A stretch of 64,000 nucleotides of DNA from Candidatus Omnitrophota bacterium. GTDB taxonomy: Bacteria; Omnitrophota; Gorgyraeia; Gygaellales; UBA12090. Location of the stretch: contig JAUSCZ010000041.1 in assembly GCA_030674475.1 (NCBI GenBank), positions 3,481 through 67,480 of the forward strand, in the 5' to 3' direction. The notes below the pieces were generated by a model. That model did not search any database. It was not told the DNA's origin and saw only the letters and a list, made by a program, of their open reading frames with translations. The position numbers were made by a program, and so were the translations under genes. This document shows positions 27,877 to 37,154 of the stretch, in pieces; position 1 is the first letter of the stretch, and each line of letters starts with the position of its first letter.

Positions 27877-28353
27877 TTAGCGCGCTTCTGGTTCCGGCTG
27901 GGCCTCTATTGCCGCTATTTCATCCGGCTGGATTGAAGAAGACGCTTCCGGAGAGGAAACTTCAGACGGTTCTTCTAGTTTCTCAACTGAGATATTCTTG
28001 GCGATATTATTGTTCGCGTCAAAAAAATAATCAATCCCAACGGTATCGCCCGCCTTGAGAGAATTAAAATCATTTATCCCCTCAAACTTTGTATCCTGGT
28101 TAACAGTTAAGACAAGTTCTTTTTCATCATCAGTCTGATAATCCATATAGAGAATATTGAATTTTGAAGATATGTAATCAACATTCTTAACCTCTCCCCA
28201 AACCCAGGAGATATTTTCATCAACCAACCCTATCTCAGAAATAATATTTTCATCAATAGGCACCTGTGGTTCCTGCTGGCAGAATCCTAAAACCCCATAT
28301 CCAACGCACGCCGCGCCTATAATCAGACCCGCGGTCAACAGTTTACTTTTCAT
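27877..28353 (-). CDS. secreted acidic hypothetical protein
   Basis: GAGGA RBS, signal peptide, WVWGEV...LKAGDTVGIDY beta-rich domain. Confidence 0.65.
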   Translation of the reverse strand: MKSKLLTAGLIIGAACVGYGVLGFCQQEPQVPIDENIISEIGLVDENISWVWGEVKNVDYISSKFNILYMDYQTDDEKELVLTVNQDTKFEGINDFNSLKAGDTVGIDYFFDANNNIAKNISVEKLEEPSEVSSPEASSSIQPDEIAAIEAQPEPEAR

Positions 28354-28522
28354 ATTATTGTCCTCCTCATTAAATTCAAAGGTCAAATACCAAAACACAA
28401 AACATTTATTTTTGAATTTATCATTTAAATTCTGCCGGTAGACAGGAATTTATTTTGTGCTTTGGATTTTGTCGTTTGTCATTGATTGTATTTGTAATAT
28501 ATAGCAAATTCCGGCCTTTTTG

Positions 28523-29830
28523 TCAAGGCAATGTTACTACTTGTTCATATAAGCTCTCAATATCTTTTATCAGCCTTTTTTTGGCGAATCTTTCCCGGAC
28601 GAATTCGCGGCCGGAGGCGGCCATCTTCCTTCTTATCTCTTCATTCCTCAGTAAGAAGTTCAAGGCCCCGGCAAAACTATCCGCGTCGCCAGGCCTCACC
28701 ATTATTCCTCTTTCGCGCGCGCTAAACCCCGTTAGAGGCAGGACGCCAGAGGCGTCCGACGGTTGCCTTCGGCAACCTGCCTCTAACGGGGTAAACCCAA
28801 GCTCATCCTTAGGTCCTTCTAAGCTCTCACCAACTAAATCCTTTACCCCGCCGGCATCGGTAGCCGCGATAACCTTACCTGAAGCCATTGCTTCTATTAA
28901 AGATACCGGCGTGCCTTCGTTGATTGAAGTCAGACAGACAATATCCAAATCCGAGTAAACTTCGGATAAATCCTTTTGCCAGCCGTTAAACTCCACCACC
29001 GAACTTAAATTCAGCTTTTGGGCAAATTCTTCAAGCTCAGCCCTTAATTCTCCATCGCCTATAATCTTAAATCTTAAATCCAGCGCGGGATTATCCCGGA
29101 TAACCTTGGCCGCGCCTTCCAAAAACAAACGATGATTTTTAATAGGCACCAGTCTTCCCACTATGCCGATATTTAAACAACGGTTGGCTTCTTTTCCCGA
29201 TGAAGCGGGATCCCGCATTCCTTGTATCGGGAGTCGGGAAAACGGAAGCCCTAAGAATCTATCTAATTCTAAGCCCAGAGGAATAACCTTAATCTTATCT
29301 GAACCGCTGATTCGTAAAGAAACCAGCTCTTTCTTAACCGCTAAACTTACCGTGATTATCCTTGAGCTAAAACAAGCTAAGAAGCGCTCAATAAAGATAA
29401 ATAATCGCGTTTTAAATCTGCCGAAATAGCCCTCAAAGACATGGCCGTGAAAGGTATGAATAAGCTTTGTTCGCCTCGCGGCCAAGAGATTATAAAATAT
29501 CCCGGCCAGCCTGCCTAATGTTCCGGCCTTGGCGGTATGGGTATGGATAATATCCGGATTTTCCCTCCTTATCAGTTTATATATTTTTAAAAACGCGATT
29601 ACATCATTCAGCGGATTTAATTCCCGTCTAAGCTCAGGGATAATATAAGGGACAACATTCCTGGCCCGGGCGTAATAAAGCATATCTCCTTCATCTTGAG
29701 CGATAGTGCCGCAGACCAAAAGCGAGTCAAATTTATCCTTGTTAAGACCCTCAGTGAGTAAAATCGCGTGAATTGCCGGGCCTCCGATATTAAGCCGGGC
29801 AATGACCCTTACTACCTTTATTTTCTTCAC
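28523..29830 (-). CDS. family 4 glycosyltransferase carrying two in-frame repeat insertions
   Basis: ARLNIGGPA, HTHTAKAG, GRLVPIKN, EGTPVSLIEAMA. Confidence 0.9.
   Translation of the reverse strand: MKKIKVVRVIARLNIGGPAIHAILLTEGLNKDKFDSLLVCGTIAQDEGDMLYYARARNVVPYIIPELRRELNPLNDVIAFLKIYKLIRRENPDIIHTHTAKAGTLGRLAGIFYNLLAARRTKLIHTFHGHVFEGYFGRFKTRLFIFIERFLACFSSRIITVSLAVKKELVSLRISGSDKIKVIPLGLELDRFLGLPFSRLPIQGMRDPASSGKEANRCLNIGIVGRLVPIKNHRLFLEGAAKVIRDNPALDLRFKIIGDGELRAELEEFAQKLNLSSVVEFNGWQKDLSEVYSDLDIVCLTSINEGTPVSLIEAMASGKVIAATDAGGVKDLVGESLEGPKDELGFTPLEAGCRRQPSDASGVLPLTGFSARERGIMVRPGDADSFAGALNFLLRNEEIRRKMAASGREFVRERFAKKRLIKDIESLYEQVVTLP
28727..28791. mobile_element. 65-bp CCCCGTTAGA element, copy 2, in frame in the GT4 gene
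   Basis: TAAA on both sides; 65+4 = 69 nt = 23 codons (FTPLEAGCRRQPSDASGVLPLTGF region). Confidence 0.88.
29192..29242. repeat. TTTTCCCGA...TCGGGAAAA palindromic insert with GCGGGATCCCGC core, in frame in the GT4 gene
   Basis: Inverted ends; encodes FSRLPIQGMRDPASSGK in the interdomain linker; related core at 47301-47332. Confidence 0.65.
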
Positions 29831-29860
29831 TATTTTGGGTGAGGCGGGCAGGCGAGACTC

Positions 29861-30829
29861 CTAAAGGTTCTTATTGCTTATATAACCTACGATATCTTTT
29901 ATTATGCTTTCTAAGGAATGATGCGGTTTAAAGCCGATGAGCTTATTAAGTTTATTAGTATCCGGGATCCGTCTTTGCATATCCTCAAAGCCTTCCTCGT
30001 AAGCCTGTTCATAAGGAATGTGTTTTATCACCGAGCGGCTCTTGGTTATCTTGATTATCTTCTTAGCCAAATCATCAATAGTTATCTCATCCTGGTTTCC
30101 GATATTAAAGACCTCGCCCACTGCCTTAGGCTCCTCAACTAATTTTATCAAGGCCTTGACCACATCCTTGACGTGGATAAAACAACGGGATTGTTTTCCC
30201 GTCCCATACACCGTAACCGGCTCATTCTTCAAAGCCTGTCCTATAAAACGGGGAACTACCATTCCATAGTAACCGGTTTGACGGGGCCCCACGGTATTGA
30301 ACAAGCGCACAATTACCGAAGGCACGCCTTTTTCCTTCCAATATACATAGGCCAGCATCTCATCCACAGCCTTAGCCGTAGAATAGCTCCATCTGGTTTT
30401 AAGCGGTGAGCCTAATATCCGGTCATCGCCCTCTTTTAAAGGGCCGTTGGTATTTTTTCCGTAGATTTCCGAGGTTGAGGTTATCAAAACCTTTTTATGG
30501 TATCTATAGGCCATCTCTAACACCACTTCGCTTCCTTTGATGTTGGTGGTTAAAGATTCTAAGGGCTTTTTGACTATCAGCTCCACCCCCACTGCCGCGG
30601 CCAAATGAAAAATGACCTCGCATCTTTCAACTAATTTATCAACCAGGGTTTCATTCAGAACAGTCCCAATAACCAGCTCAAAATCAGGGTTTTTTTCTAA
30701 ATGGGCCACATTCTCCAACCTGCTGGTAGATAAGTTATCCAGAACCGCGACTTTATGGCCGGCCTTAAGCAATTCATCCGCCAGATGCGAACCGATAAAT
30801 CCCACTCCACCCGTGATTAGCGCTTTCAT
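29861..30829 (-). CDS. NAD-dependent nucleotide-sugar epimerase/dehydratase
   Basis: TGGVGFIGSH, STSEIYG, YSTAK, RLFNTVGPRQ. Confidence 0.9.
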   Translation of the reverse strand: MKALITGGVGFIGSHLADELLKAGHKVAVLDNLSTSRLENVAHLEKNPDFELVIGTVLNETLVDKLVERCEVIFHLAAAVGVELIVKKPLESLTTNIKGSEVVLEMAYRYHKKVLITSTSEIYGKNTNGPLKEGDDRILGSPLKTRWSYSTAKAVDEMLAYVYWKEKGVPSVIVRLFNTVGPRQTGYYGMVVPRFIGQALKNEPVTVYGTGKQSRCFIHVKDVVKALIKLVEEPKAVGEVFNIGNQDEITIDDLAKKIIKITKSRSVIKHIPYEQAYEEGFEDMQRRIPDTNKLNKLIGFKPHHSLESIIKDIVGYISNKNL

Positions 30830-30898
30830 ATTTATTTATCTCCTTAAATGGTCTATGGTTTTTTTCTTTATCGACTATTAATTTTTATTTGTTAAATA

Positions 30899-31489
30899 CT
30901 ATGGCTTAAGAATTCCGCCTGAAATAATCAGCCTTATCCCATCCTCGATTGATATATCCAAGAATTTTATATCTTTCTTAGGCACTAAAACCAGGAAACC
31001 GCTCCAGGGTGAAGGAGTGGTAGCAATAAGAACATGAACCAATTCCTCTCCGGTTTTCTTCTGGGCCTCTTCAAAACTATCGTTAGTGATAAAGCCGACT
31101 GACCATAATCCTTTAGAAGGATATTCTACCAAAGCCACCTTCTTAAAAGAAGCTCTATCTTTGGAAAAAAGGAAACTGATTATTTGTTTAGTGGAAGGGT
31201 ATATCTGGCGGATTCCGGGTAGCTTAAGAAACCATTGCTCCAGCGCCGGCAGGGCTTTTTTTCCTAAAAAATGAGTGGCCAGAAATCCCGAAAATAATAC
31301 TATGGCTCCCCCTAAAATAAAACCTATACCCGGGATAAAAAATCCAAAATTTGCCTTGAGATAACTGTTAATAAGCCCGCCGAAAATACCATCCACAAAT
31401 CGGAAAACAACAAAAAGGATATAGAAACTGATGAATATGGGAAGAAGCAAAAGCAATCCGGTAATAAAATAACGCCTGATTTTTAACAT
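30899..31489 (-). CDS. DUF502 domain membrane protein
   Basis: YFITGLL, VALVEYP, TTPSPWSGF, LIISGG. Confidence 0.85.
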   Translation of the reverse strand: MLKIRRYFITGLLLLLPIFISFYILFVVFRFVDGIFGGLINSYLKANFGFFIPGIGFILGGAIVLFSGFLATHFLGKKALPALEQWFLKLPGIRQIYPSTKQIISFLFSKDRASFKKVALVEYPSKGLWSVGFITNDSFEEAQKKTGEELVHVLIATTPSPWSGFLVLVPKKDIKFLDISIEDGIRLIISGGILKP

Positions 31490-31490
31490 T

Positions 31491-33044
31491 TTATTTTTTA
31501 TCCTCTAATCTTTCGCTCAAATACCCTCCGGTAAGCCCGTCAATTGAGGCGGTAAGTTCCTCAAGCCTTAACTCCTTTTCACTCCTTGCCTTCGGACTCA
31601 AGGAATCCTGACTTGCTAATTCTATCTGCAGGCGCCGGCGCTCAAAGTAAAGCCGGGTTACCTCATCCAGAATATCATCGCGCAATTGCACCATCAGCCG
31701 CGAACGCACATCAATAGAAGTTTGCTCCGTGCTAAAAACCAAATCCCCTAAATCCCAGCTTAGACTAATTCCCCAATCCAAAGGCCCGACAAAGCCGCGG
31801 CCCTGAGGAAAACTGGTTGAGGTAAAAACTGTCTTATCATAACTCAAATCCAATTCCGGCAGGAAAGCCTTTAAGCGCGCCTGTTTCCTCCAATCAGAAA
31901 TCTTTTCCGGATATACCTCAGCATATCTGATTGCCTTTTGTTGAATCTCTCTTATGCCCGGCTCCCCGGAAAACAAAACGATATTTGTATTATTTCTCAA
32001 TTCAGGCCCGGATTCAACGCGCTTTGCTTCTTTATTCTCATTTACAGATATTACATAGAGACCCTGATCGCAAGCAGAGTAAAGATTACCGCCGGAATCT
32101 AAGGCCAACTGACCGCAATTCTTAAAATCCGCGCCCTGATAAAGCTGTTTACAGGAATCATCTTCACAGTCAAATACGCCGTTCTGAACAGCTAAGAACA
32201 TCCTGCCGCGGACAATTAGGGCATAATTTATCTTTTCATCCAGTAAACCGCTGAATATCCGCTTTTGCCAACTTTTACCGGCGTCTTGGCTCAAAAGCAA
32301 ACCCTCCCGGCTGGACAAATATAATTTATCGCTGTTATCGGGGTCAAAGGCTAAATGTTTAAGAAAACTCTCCTCAGTATACGGCTCTTCCTCGCTTGAG
32401 TCTATATCATTAGCCGCGTCTTCCGGCTCCGGGTTAAATCCGGAATACAGCCTCTCATGAGAAGATAAACGGTTATCACTCTTAAATAATCCTTTGCCGG
32501 AGACCACAAAAAGGCCTTCCGGATTGTCCGGAGCGGGAACAATAAAACTAATATTAGCGTCAGTCAGCTTACCGGATATTTTCTGCCAGATGATTCTATT
32601 TATCGGACTAAAGAACATTCCGGACTTAGTTCCTATAAATATGCTTTTCGGCGGAGCGAATATAAGCTCTATTGACGTTACATCGCGTTCTAAGGCATCC
32701 TTGCCTAAGAATATCCTCTGCCAGTTCATACCGCTGTCCTGGCTCCGGAAAAGCCCATTTTTGGCGGCCGCGTAGATAACATCAGGGCTACTTCTATCAA
32801 TATAGATAAAATTAACTTCTTTGATTAAACCCGCGCCTGAAGATTCCCAGGATTTACCCCTGTCAAGGGTTTTATATAAACCTTCTTCTGTGGCCGCGTA
32901 GATTATCCCTGGATTATTGCTATCTAAGGCAATAGCCCGAATGTCTGAGGCAGCGGATTTTATTTCCAGGCGCCGCCAGCTGTTTTGGGCGCAGGCTATC
33001 TCAGTTAAAGCCATAAAGAGAAGAAAAAACGCCAGGCAATTCAC
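31491..33044 (-). CDS. secreted BNR/YCF48-like beta-propeller protein with helical C-terminal domain
   Basis: S.D.G..W Asp-box repeats; C-terminal LRDDILDEVTRLYFERRRLQ...IDGLTGG. Confidence 0.7.
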   Translation of the reverse strand: MNCLAFFLLFMALTEIACAQNSWRRLEIKSAASDIRAIALDSNNPGIIYAATEEGLYKTLDRGKSWESSGAGLIKEVNFIYIDRSSPDVIYAAAKNGLFRSQDSGMNWQRIFLGKDALERDVTSIELIFAPPKSIFIGTKSGMFFSPINRIIWQKISGKLTDANISFIVPAPDNPEGLFVVSGKGLFKSDNRLSSHERLYSGFNPEPEDAANDIDSSEEEPYTEESFLKHLAFDPDNSDKLYLSSREGLLLSQDAGKSWQKRIFSGLLDEKINYALIVRGRMFLAVQNGVFDCEDDSCKQLYQGADFKNCGQLALDSGGNLYSACDQGLYVISVNENKEAKRVESGPELRNNTNIVLFSGEPGIREIQQKAIRYAEVYPEKISDWRKQARLKAFLPELDLSYDKTVFTSTSFPQGRGFVGPLDWGISLSWDLGDLVFSTEQTSIDVRSRLMVQLRDDILDEVTRLYFERRRLQIELASQDSLSPKARSEKELRLEELTASIDGLTGGYLSERLEDKK

Positions 33045-33063
33045 CTTCTAAGTCTCTGGGGAC

Positions 33064-33139
33064 AAAATAAAACCCCGCGCCTTTTCATATTCATGTTTTT
33101 CAAACTAAAATACATAGAATACATAAAAGGCACGGGGTT
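33064..33139 (-). terminator. long hairpin with U tract
   Basis: AACCCCGTGCCTTTT / AAAAGGCGCGGGGTT then TTATTTT on the minus strand. Confidence 0.55.
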
Positions 33140-33141
33140 AA

Positions 33142-33206
33142 CCCCGTTAGAGGCAGGTTGCCGAAGGCAACCGTCGGATGCCTCTGGCGTCCTGCCTCCA
33201 ACTGGG
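33142..33206. mobile_element. 65-bp CCCCGTTAGA element, copy 3 (degenerate right end)
   Basis: Same internal hairpins (GGTTGCCGAAGGCAACC; GGATGCCTCTGGCGTCC). Confidence 0.8.
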
Positions 33207-33229
33207 TGAACACGAATAATTTTTAAAGC

Positions 33230-33466
33230 CTATTCTTTAGCTATGGCTAAGGTAATTACCCCTGCTAAAACCAGGATTAATCCCAAAGAGCCTTGAGCTA
33301 AGTGAATCAAATGCCACCACCATCTAATTACCAGGTAGCCGCCAAGCGCTAAAAACGCGATACCTAATAAAACCTTTAAAGCGGTCTTAAAAGCCTTGCC
33401 TGAGTCGGCTTTTTCTGTTTCCTTGGTTTCCTTGGTTTCCTTTGTCTCTTTTACTTCTTCTGCCAT
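33230..33466 (-). CDS. small two-TM membrane protein
   Basis: GGAGG RBS, ETK-repeat N-terminus, two hydrophobic helices. Confidence 0.75.
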   Translation of the reverse strand: MAEEVKETKETKETKETEKADSGKAFKTALKVLLGIAFLALGGYLVIRWWWHLIHLAQGSLGLILVLAGVITLAIAKE

Positions 33467-33499
33467 TTTCCACCTCCTTTTAATTTGCTAATTAATTTA

Positions 33500-34414
33500 C
33501 TAATTTGACGGCCGGCTTTTCCACCGGCGGTGAATCCAGCCCCACTCTTGAGGATACTTCCTGATGTAAAATTCAATAATTGAGGTTATCTTCTGGATAT
33601 TATACCGCAATGTCTCATCGGACGCATCTTTTTTCTCAATCTCTACCTGTGGCTCGATAATCAGCTTATGGCGGCCGTCTGCCTGGCGGACTATGAAAAG
33701 CGGGACTATGGCGGCACCGGTACGCAGGGCAAAGACTACCGGCCCGGTGGCCGTGGCCGCCTGACGGCCAAAAAAATTCACAAAAACCCCGGCTGTGCCG
33801 AAGTTCTGGTCAAGTTGGATAAAAAGTATTTCGTTGCGGCGCAAGGCCTTGACTGAATCCTCCACACAAGCCTGCCTGGGAGCGCTATGGATAAAATTTA
33901 TTCCTACTTTGCGGCGCCGGCTTTCCAGGAATTCTTCCACCTTATCATCGCGCATCCGCCTTAAGATGACATTAACCCCGTAACCTTCCTGCTTAAGCCG
34001 GGTAAGGGCCAAAGGGAAATTTCCAAAATGAGCACTCACGGCAACCACTCCCTTACCTTTAGAAAAGGCCTCATCTAAATATTCCTGGCCTTCAATAATA
34101 ACCAGCTTTTTAGATAATTCCGGATTATCCATAGCATACAACATCTCCACCCCGCTTTTAGCCATATTCCTAAAGCAGTCTTGGGCAATCCTAGTAATTT
34201 CTTTCTGCCCCAAACTATCGGCAAAGGCTATACTTAGACTCTCGCGGGCAATGTTACGTTGTTTAACCGCGATATAATAACCCAGAATAGCGATAAAATC
34301 GGCAAAACCACAAAGCCAGCCGCGGGGTAAGAATTTAACTATCAAAGAACAGAAAAATAATGCTTGTCTGGCAAGCAAACGGCTAAAACGCTTGCCAACT
34401 TCTTTTGATGTCAT
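33500..34414 (-). CDS. lipid A lauroyl / lysophospholipid acyltransferase (LpxL/HtrB family)
   Basis: SAHFGN, LDQN, VNFFG, YPQEWGWIHRRWK. Confidence 0.88.
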   Translation of the reverse strand: MTSKEVGKRFSRLLARQALFFCSLIVKFLPRGWLCGFADFIAILGYYIAVKQRNIARESLSIAFADSLGQKEITRIAQDCFRNMAKSGVEMLYAMDNPELSKKLVIIEGQEYLDEAFSKGKGVVAVSAHFGNFPLALTRLKQEGYGVNVILRRMRDDKVEEFLESRRRKVGINFIHSAPRQACVEDSVKALRRNEILFIQLDQNFGTAGVFVNFFGRQAATATGPVVFALRTGAAIVPLFIVRQADGRHKLIIEPQVEIEKKDASDETLRYNIQKITSIIEFYIRKYPQEWGWIHRRWKSRPSN

Positions 34415-34476
34415 CTAATCTCCTACTGATTATAGCAAAATTACTTTTCTCTGCAAGAAAAATCTTTAACCTAAGA

Positions 34477-34962
34477 TTAAAGTTTGTATCCTATTTTACG
34501 CAGCAGGTCCTTGCGCCAGCGAACATCCGCTTCTTTTTCTACCCCCTTAGGGCTGGCGCCATCAATAACCCCCATTATTCCCCGGCCTGAAGAAGTCTGG
34601 GCCACAACCACTTCCAGCGGATTAGCAGTCGCGCAATAAATAGCGCAGACCTCAGAAATCATTTTTAAGGCATTCAGGATATTTATCGGGTATCCCTGAC
34701 GCAAGGCCAGAATAAAACAATGGCCAGAGGCGATATCTAAGCAGGCATTTTTGGCTATCTCTTTAAGCTCTGTGTCGTTTCCCTCAATACGCACCAAGCA
34801 GGCGCCTGAAGACTCGGAAAAGGCCAGACCGAATTTAATCTGCGGACCTGTCTGGACTATTGCTTCATAAATATCCTCCACCGACTTAATAAAATGCGCC
34901 TGGCCGATAATCACATTTACATCATCAGGTTTTTTGATCGGAATAGTTTTAAATTCAAGCAT
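34477..34962 (-). CDS. adenosine-specific kinase family protein (DUF355)
   Basis: NVIIGQAHFIKSVED, IYCATANP, GRGIMGVIDG. Confidence 0.85.
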   Translation of the reverse strand: MLEFKTIPIKKPDDVNVIIGQAHFIKSVEDIYEAIVQTGPQIKFGLAFSESSGACLVRIEGNDTELKEIAKNACLDIASGHCFILALRQGYPINILNALKMISEVCAIYCATANPLEVVVAQTSSGRGIMGVIDGASPKGVEKEADVRWRKDLLRKIGYKL

Positions 34963-34984
34963 ATCCACCTCCCGCGATCTGAGC

Positions 34985-35512
34985 TTATTCAATAAATTTC
35001 ATTGGGTCCAGGGGCATGCCGTTCTTTCTTATCTCAAAGTGGAGGTGGGGAATAACTCCCCGATGATTGGCATTCCCGGTTTTACCCACCGCGCCTATCT
35101 TCTGCCCCTGGCGCACCAATTGGCCGGCGCGAACCTCTATCTTAGATAAATGGCCGTAGATAGTAACATATCCTCCCGAAGGATGCGAAATTTCAATAAA
35201 ATTACCCATCCCCCGGTGAAACTGCGCCCTGGTTACCTTGCCGGCGCGGACCGCGTAAACTGCCGCCCCGAACTTAGCCTGCAGGTCTATCCCGTTATGT
35301 TTCCGACTACCGCCGCGATTAGATAAAAAATCTCCGCTTCCATAAGAGTCGTGGCGGATGATTACGGTATCCTGCTTGTATTCAACAGGACAAAAAAAGA
35401 AAATTTTATCCAGATAATAAAGCTGATAACTTAAATAAAAAGGAAAAACCAACAAGAAAACAAATAATAAAGAAGTCTTTACCCTTTGACGCGATAGGTC
35501 ATACTTTATCAC
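34985..35512 (-). CDS. M23 family metallopeptidase
   Basis: HNGIDL, YGHL, PHLHFEIR. Confidence 0.9.
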   Translation of the reverse strand: MIKYDLSRQRVKTSLLFVFLLVFPFYLSYQLYYLDKIFFFCPVEYKQDTVIIRHDSYGSGDFLSNRGGSRKHNGIDLQAKFGAAVYAVRAGKVTRAQFHRGMGNFIEISHPSGGYVTIYGHLSKIEVRAGQLVRQGQKIGAVGKTGNANHRGVIPHLHFEIRKNGMPLDPMKFIE

Positions 35513-35565
35513 TTTAGGCTAAAATTGAGGTTGAGGTTGAGGTTGAGAATTACTCAGCCTAAACC

Positions 35566-37131
35566 TTAACCTTTTTTTATTTTGCTCATTATACCATAAA
35601 AACACATAAGCGCAAAACATCCCAAGACAAAAACATCACCGATACTTTGATAAAGACTTTTTGATTTTGGGCTCAGAATAATGTCCTGAGTTTTTATGCC
35701 GGAGACAAAAATGTCTTTACCATTTTGAATAAGCCTGGAGATAACCCTGCCGCGGGAATCAATAAAACAGGATATTCCGGTGTTGGCCGAGCGCGCTAAA
35801 GGAAGCCTGTTTTCTACAGCCCGAAATACCGAAGCCGATAAATGCTGATAGGGAGCGGTAGTCTCTTTGAACCAGGCGTCGTTAGTGATATTCACCAAAA
35901 AGTCCGCTCCTTCTCTGGCGAAATTACGCGAGAGCTCAGGCAGGGTATCTTCAAAACAGATAAGCGCTCCAAATTTAGCGGATAGCGGATAGCGGATAGC
36001 GGATAGCAAAAATAAAGTATAATTATTACCAGCAGTAAAGTCTCCGATCGGAACGATACTCTCCAGAAATTTGAATGCGCCTTTTAAGGGAATATATTCT
36101 CCGAAAGGCACTAAATGCAGTTTATCATAACGGCCGGATATCCCAAATTCATTTATCAGCAGGGCGCTGTTAAAATATTTCCTTTTTTCTTTGACTACTG
36201 AGCCAACCAGCAGGGGAATTTTTATCTCCTTGGCCAGGTTAAAGATATTTTCGTTTACCCGCGCGTCAGACTCATCACCCAAGAAGCCGGGATTGGACGC
36301 CTCCGGCCAAATTATTAAATCCGGCTTAGCCAAAGCCGCTTCTTTAGTCAAACGGATGTATCTATCTAAAATAAAGGCCTGTGAACCAGAAGCCCATTTT
36401 AACTCCTGGGGAATATTGCCCTGGATTAAAGAAATTTTAAACAGCTTTCGGCTTTCGGCTGGCCAGAAGGCCGTGGTTGGGCCTCCGATGGCCCAAGCCA
36501 CTTTCGGCTTTCGGCTTAATTGATAATAGCCATAAACTAAAATTATAGAAAAACTTAACACGAAGACTGAGCATTTTCTTATTTTGCTTGAGGCTGAAAG
36601 CTTGAGGCTGAAAGCTGAGTATATTACTATATTCGCCATTACCACCAAAAAAGAAACACCGTAGGCGCCGAAAAGATCGGCAATCTGAATAATCGGAAGA
36701 TTTAAATATTGGGAATAGCCTAAAAGCGCCCAGCCGAATCCGGTCAAAAGATGAGCCCGCAGATATTCCAGGACAACCCAGAGGGAAGGAAGAAACAAAT
36801 AGTTGATAGTTGATAGTTGATAGTTGATAGTTGAGAAACATAAACCAAAAAATCCAAAATATAAAGATAAATATAAAATCAGGAGGATTTGGCCAAGCAG
36901 GGTAACGTGGACTAACCAATAGATGGTCAATGTCCAGAAAATTAGTCCGGTTAGATAAGATAATAAAAAGGCTTGAAGTTTAGATTTCTTCTGGAAGGAG
37001 AAAAATAAAGGCAGGAAGGCAAACCAGGCAAAAAACCAAAGCCGGCCCTCGAAAAACGGCAGGCTTAATAATACTCCGGAAATGATACTAAGAATTAAGG
37101 AACCGCGTTTACTAAGAAGGCCATAAACCAT
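35566..37131 (-). CDS. lnt: apolipoprotein N-acyltransferase with in-frame repeat insertions
   Basis: QGNIPQ, IWPEA, YDKLHLVPFGEY, ICFED, NDAWF, RSANTGIS. Confidence 0.93.
   Translation of the reverse strand: MVYGLLSKRGSLILSIISGVLLSLPFFEGRLWFFAWFAFLPLFFSFQKKSKLQAFLLSYLTGLIFWTLTIYWLVHVTLLGQILLILYLSLYFGFFGLCFSTINYQLSTINYLFLPSLWVVLEYLRAHLLTGFGWALLGYSQYLNLPIIQIADLFGAYGVSFLVVMANIVIYSAFSLKLSASSKIRKCSVFVLSFSIILVYGYYQLSRKPKVAWAIGGPTTAFWPAESRKLFKISLIQGNIPQELKWASGSQAFILDRYIRLTKEAALAKPDLIIWPEASNPGFLGDESDARVNENIFNLAKEIKIPLLVGSVVKEKRKYFNSALLINEFGISGRYDKLHLVPFGEYIPLKGAFKFLESIVPIGDFTAGNNYTLFLLSAIRYPLSAKFGALICFEDTLPELSRNFAREGADFLVNITNDAWFKETTAPYQHLSASVFRAVENRLPLARSANTGISCFIDSRGRVISRLIQNGKDIFVSGIKTQDIILSPKSKSLYQSIGDVFVLGCFALMCFYGIMSKIKKG
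36800..36834. repeat. heptamer tandem repeat (TAGTTGA)x5 in lnt; also (TAGCGGA)x4 at 35976-36003 and GCTTTCG units at 36444-36516
   Basis: Read directly; translate as STINYQLSTINY and SAIRYPLSA. Confidence 0.85.
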
Positions 37132-37154
37132 AAACTATAAACTATAAACTTTTT

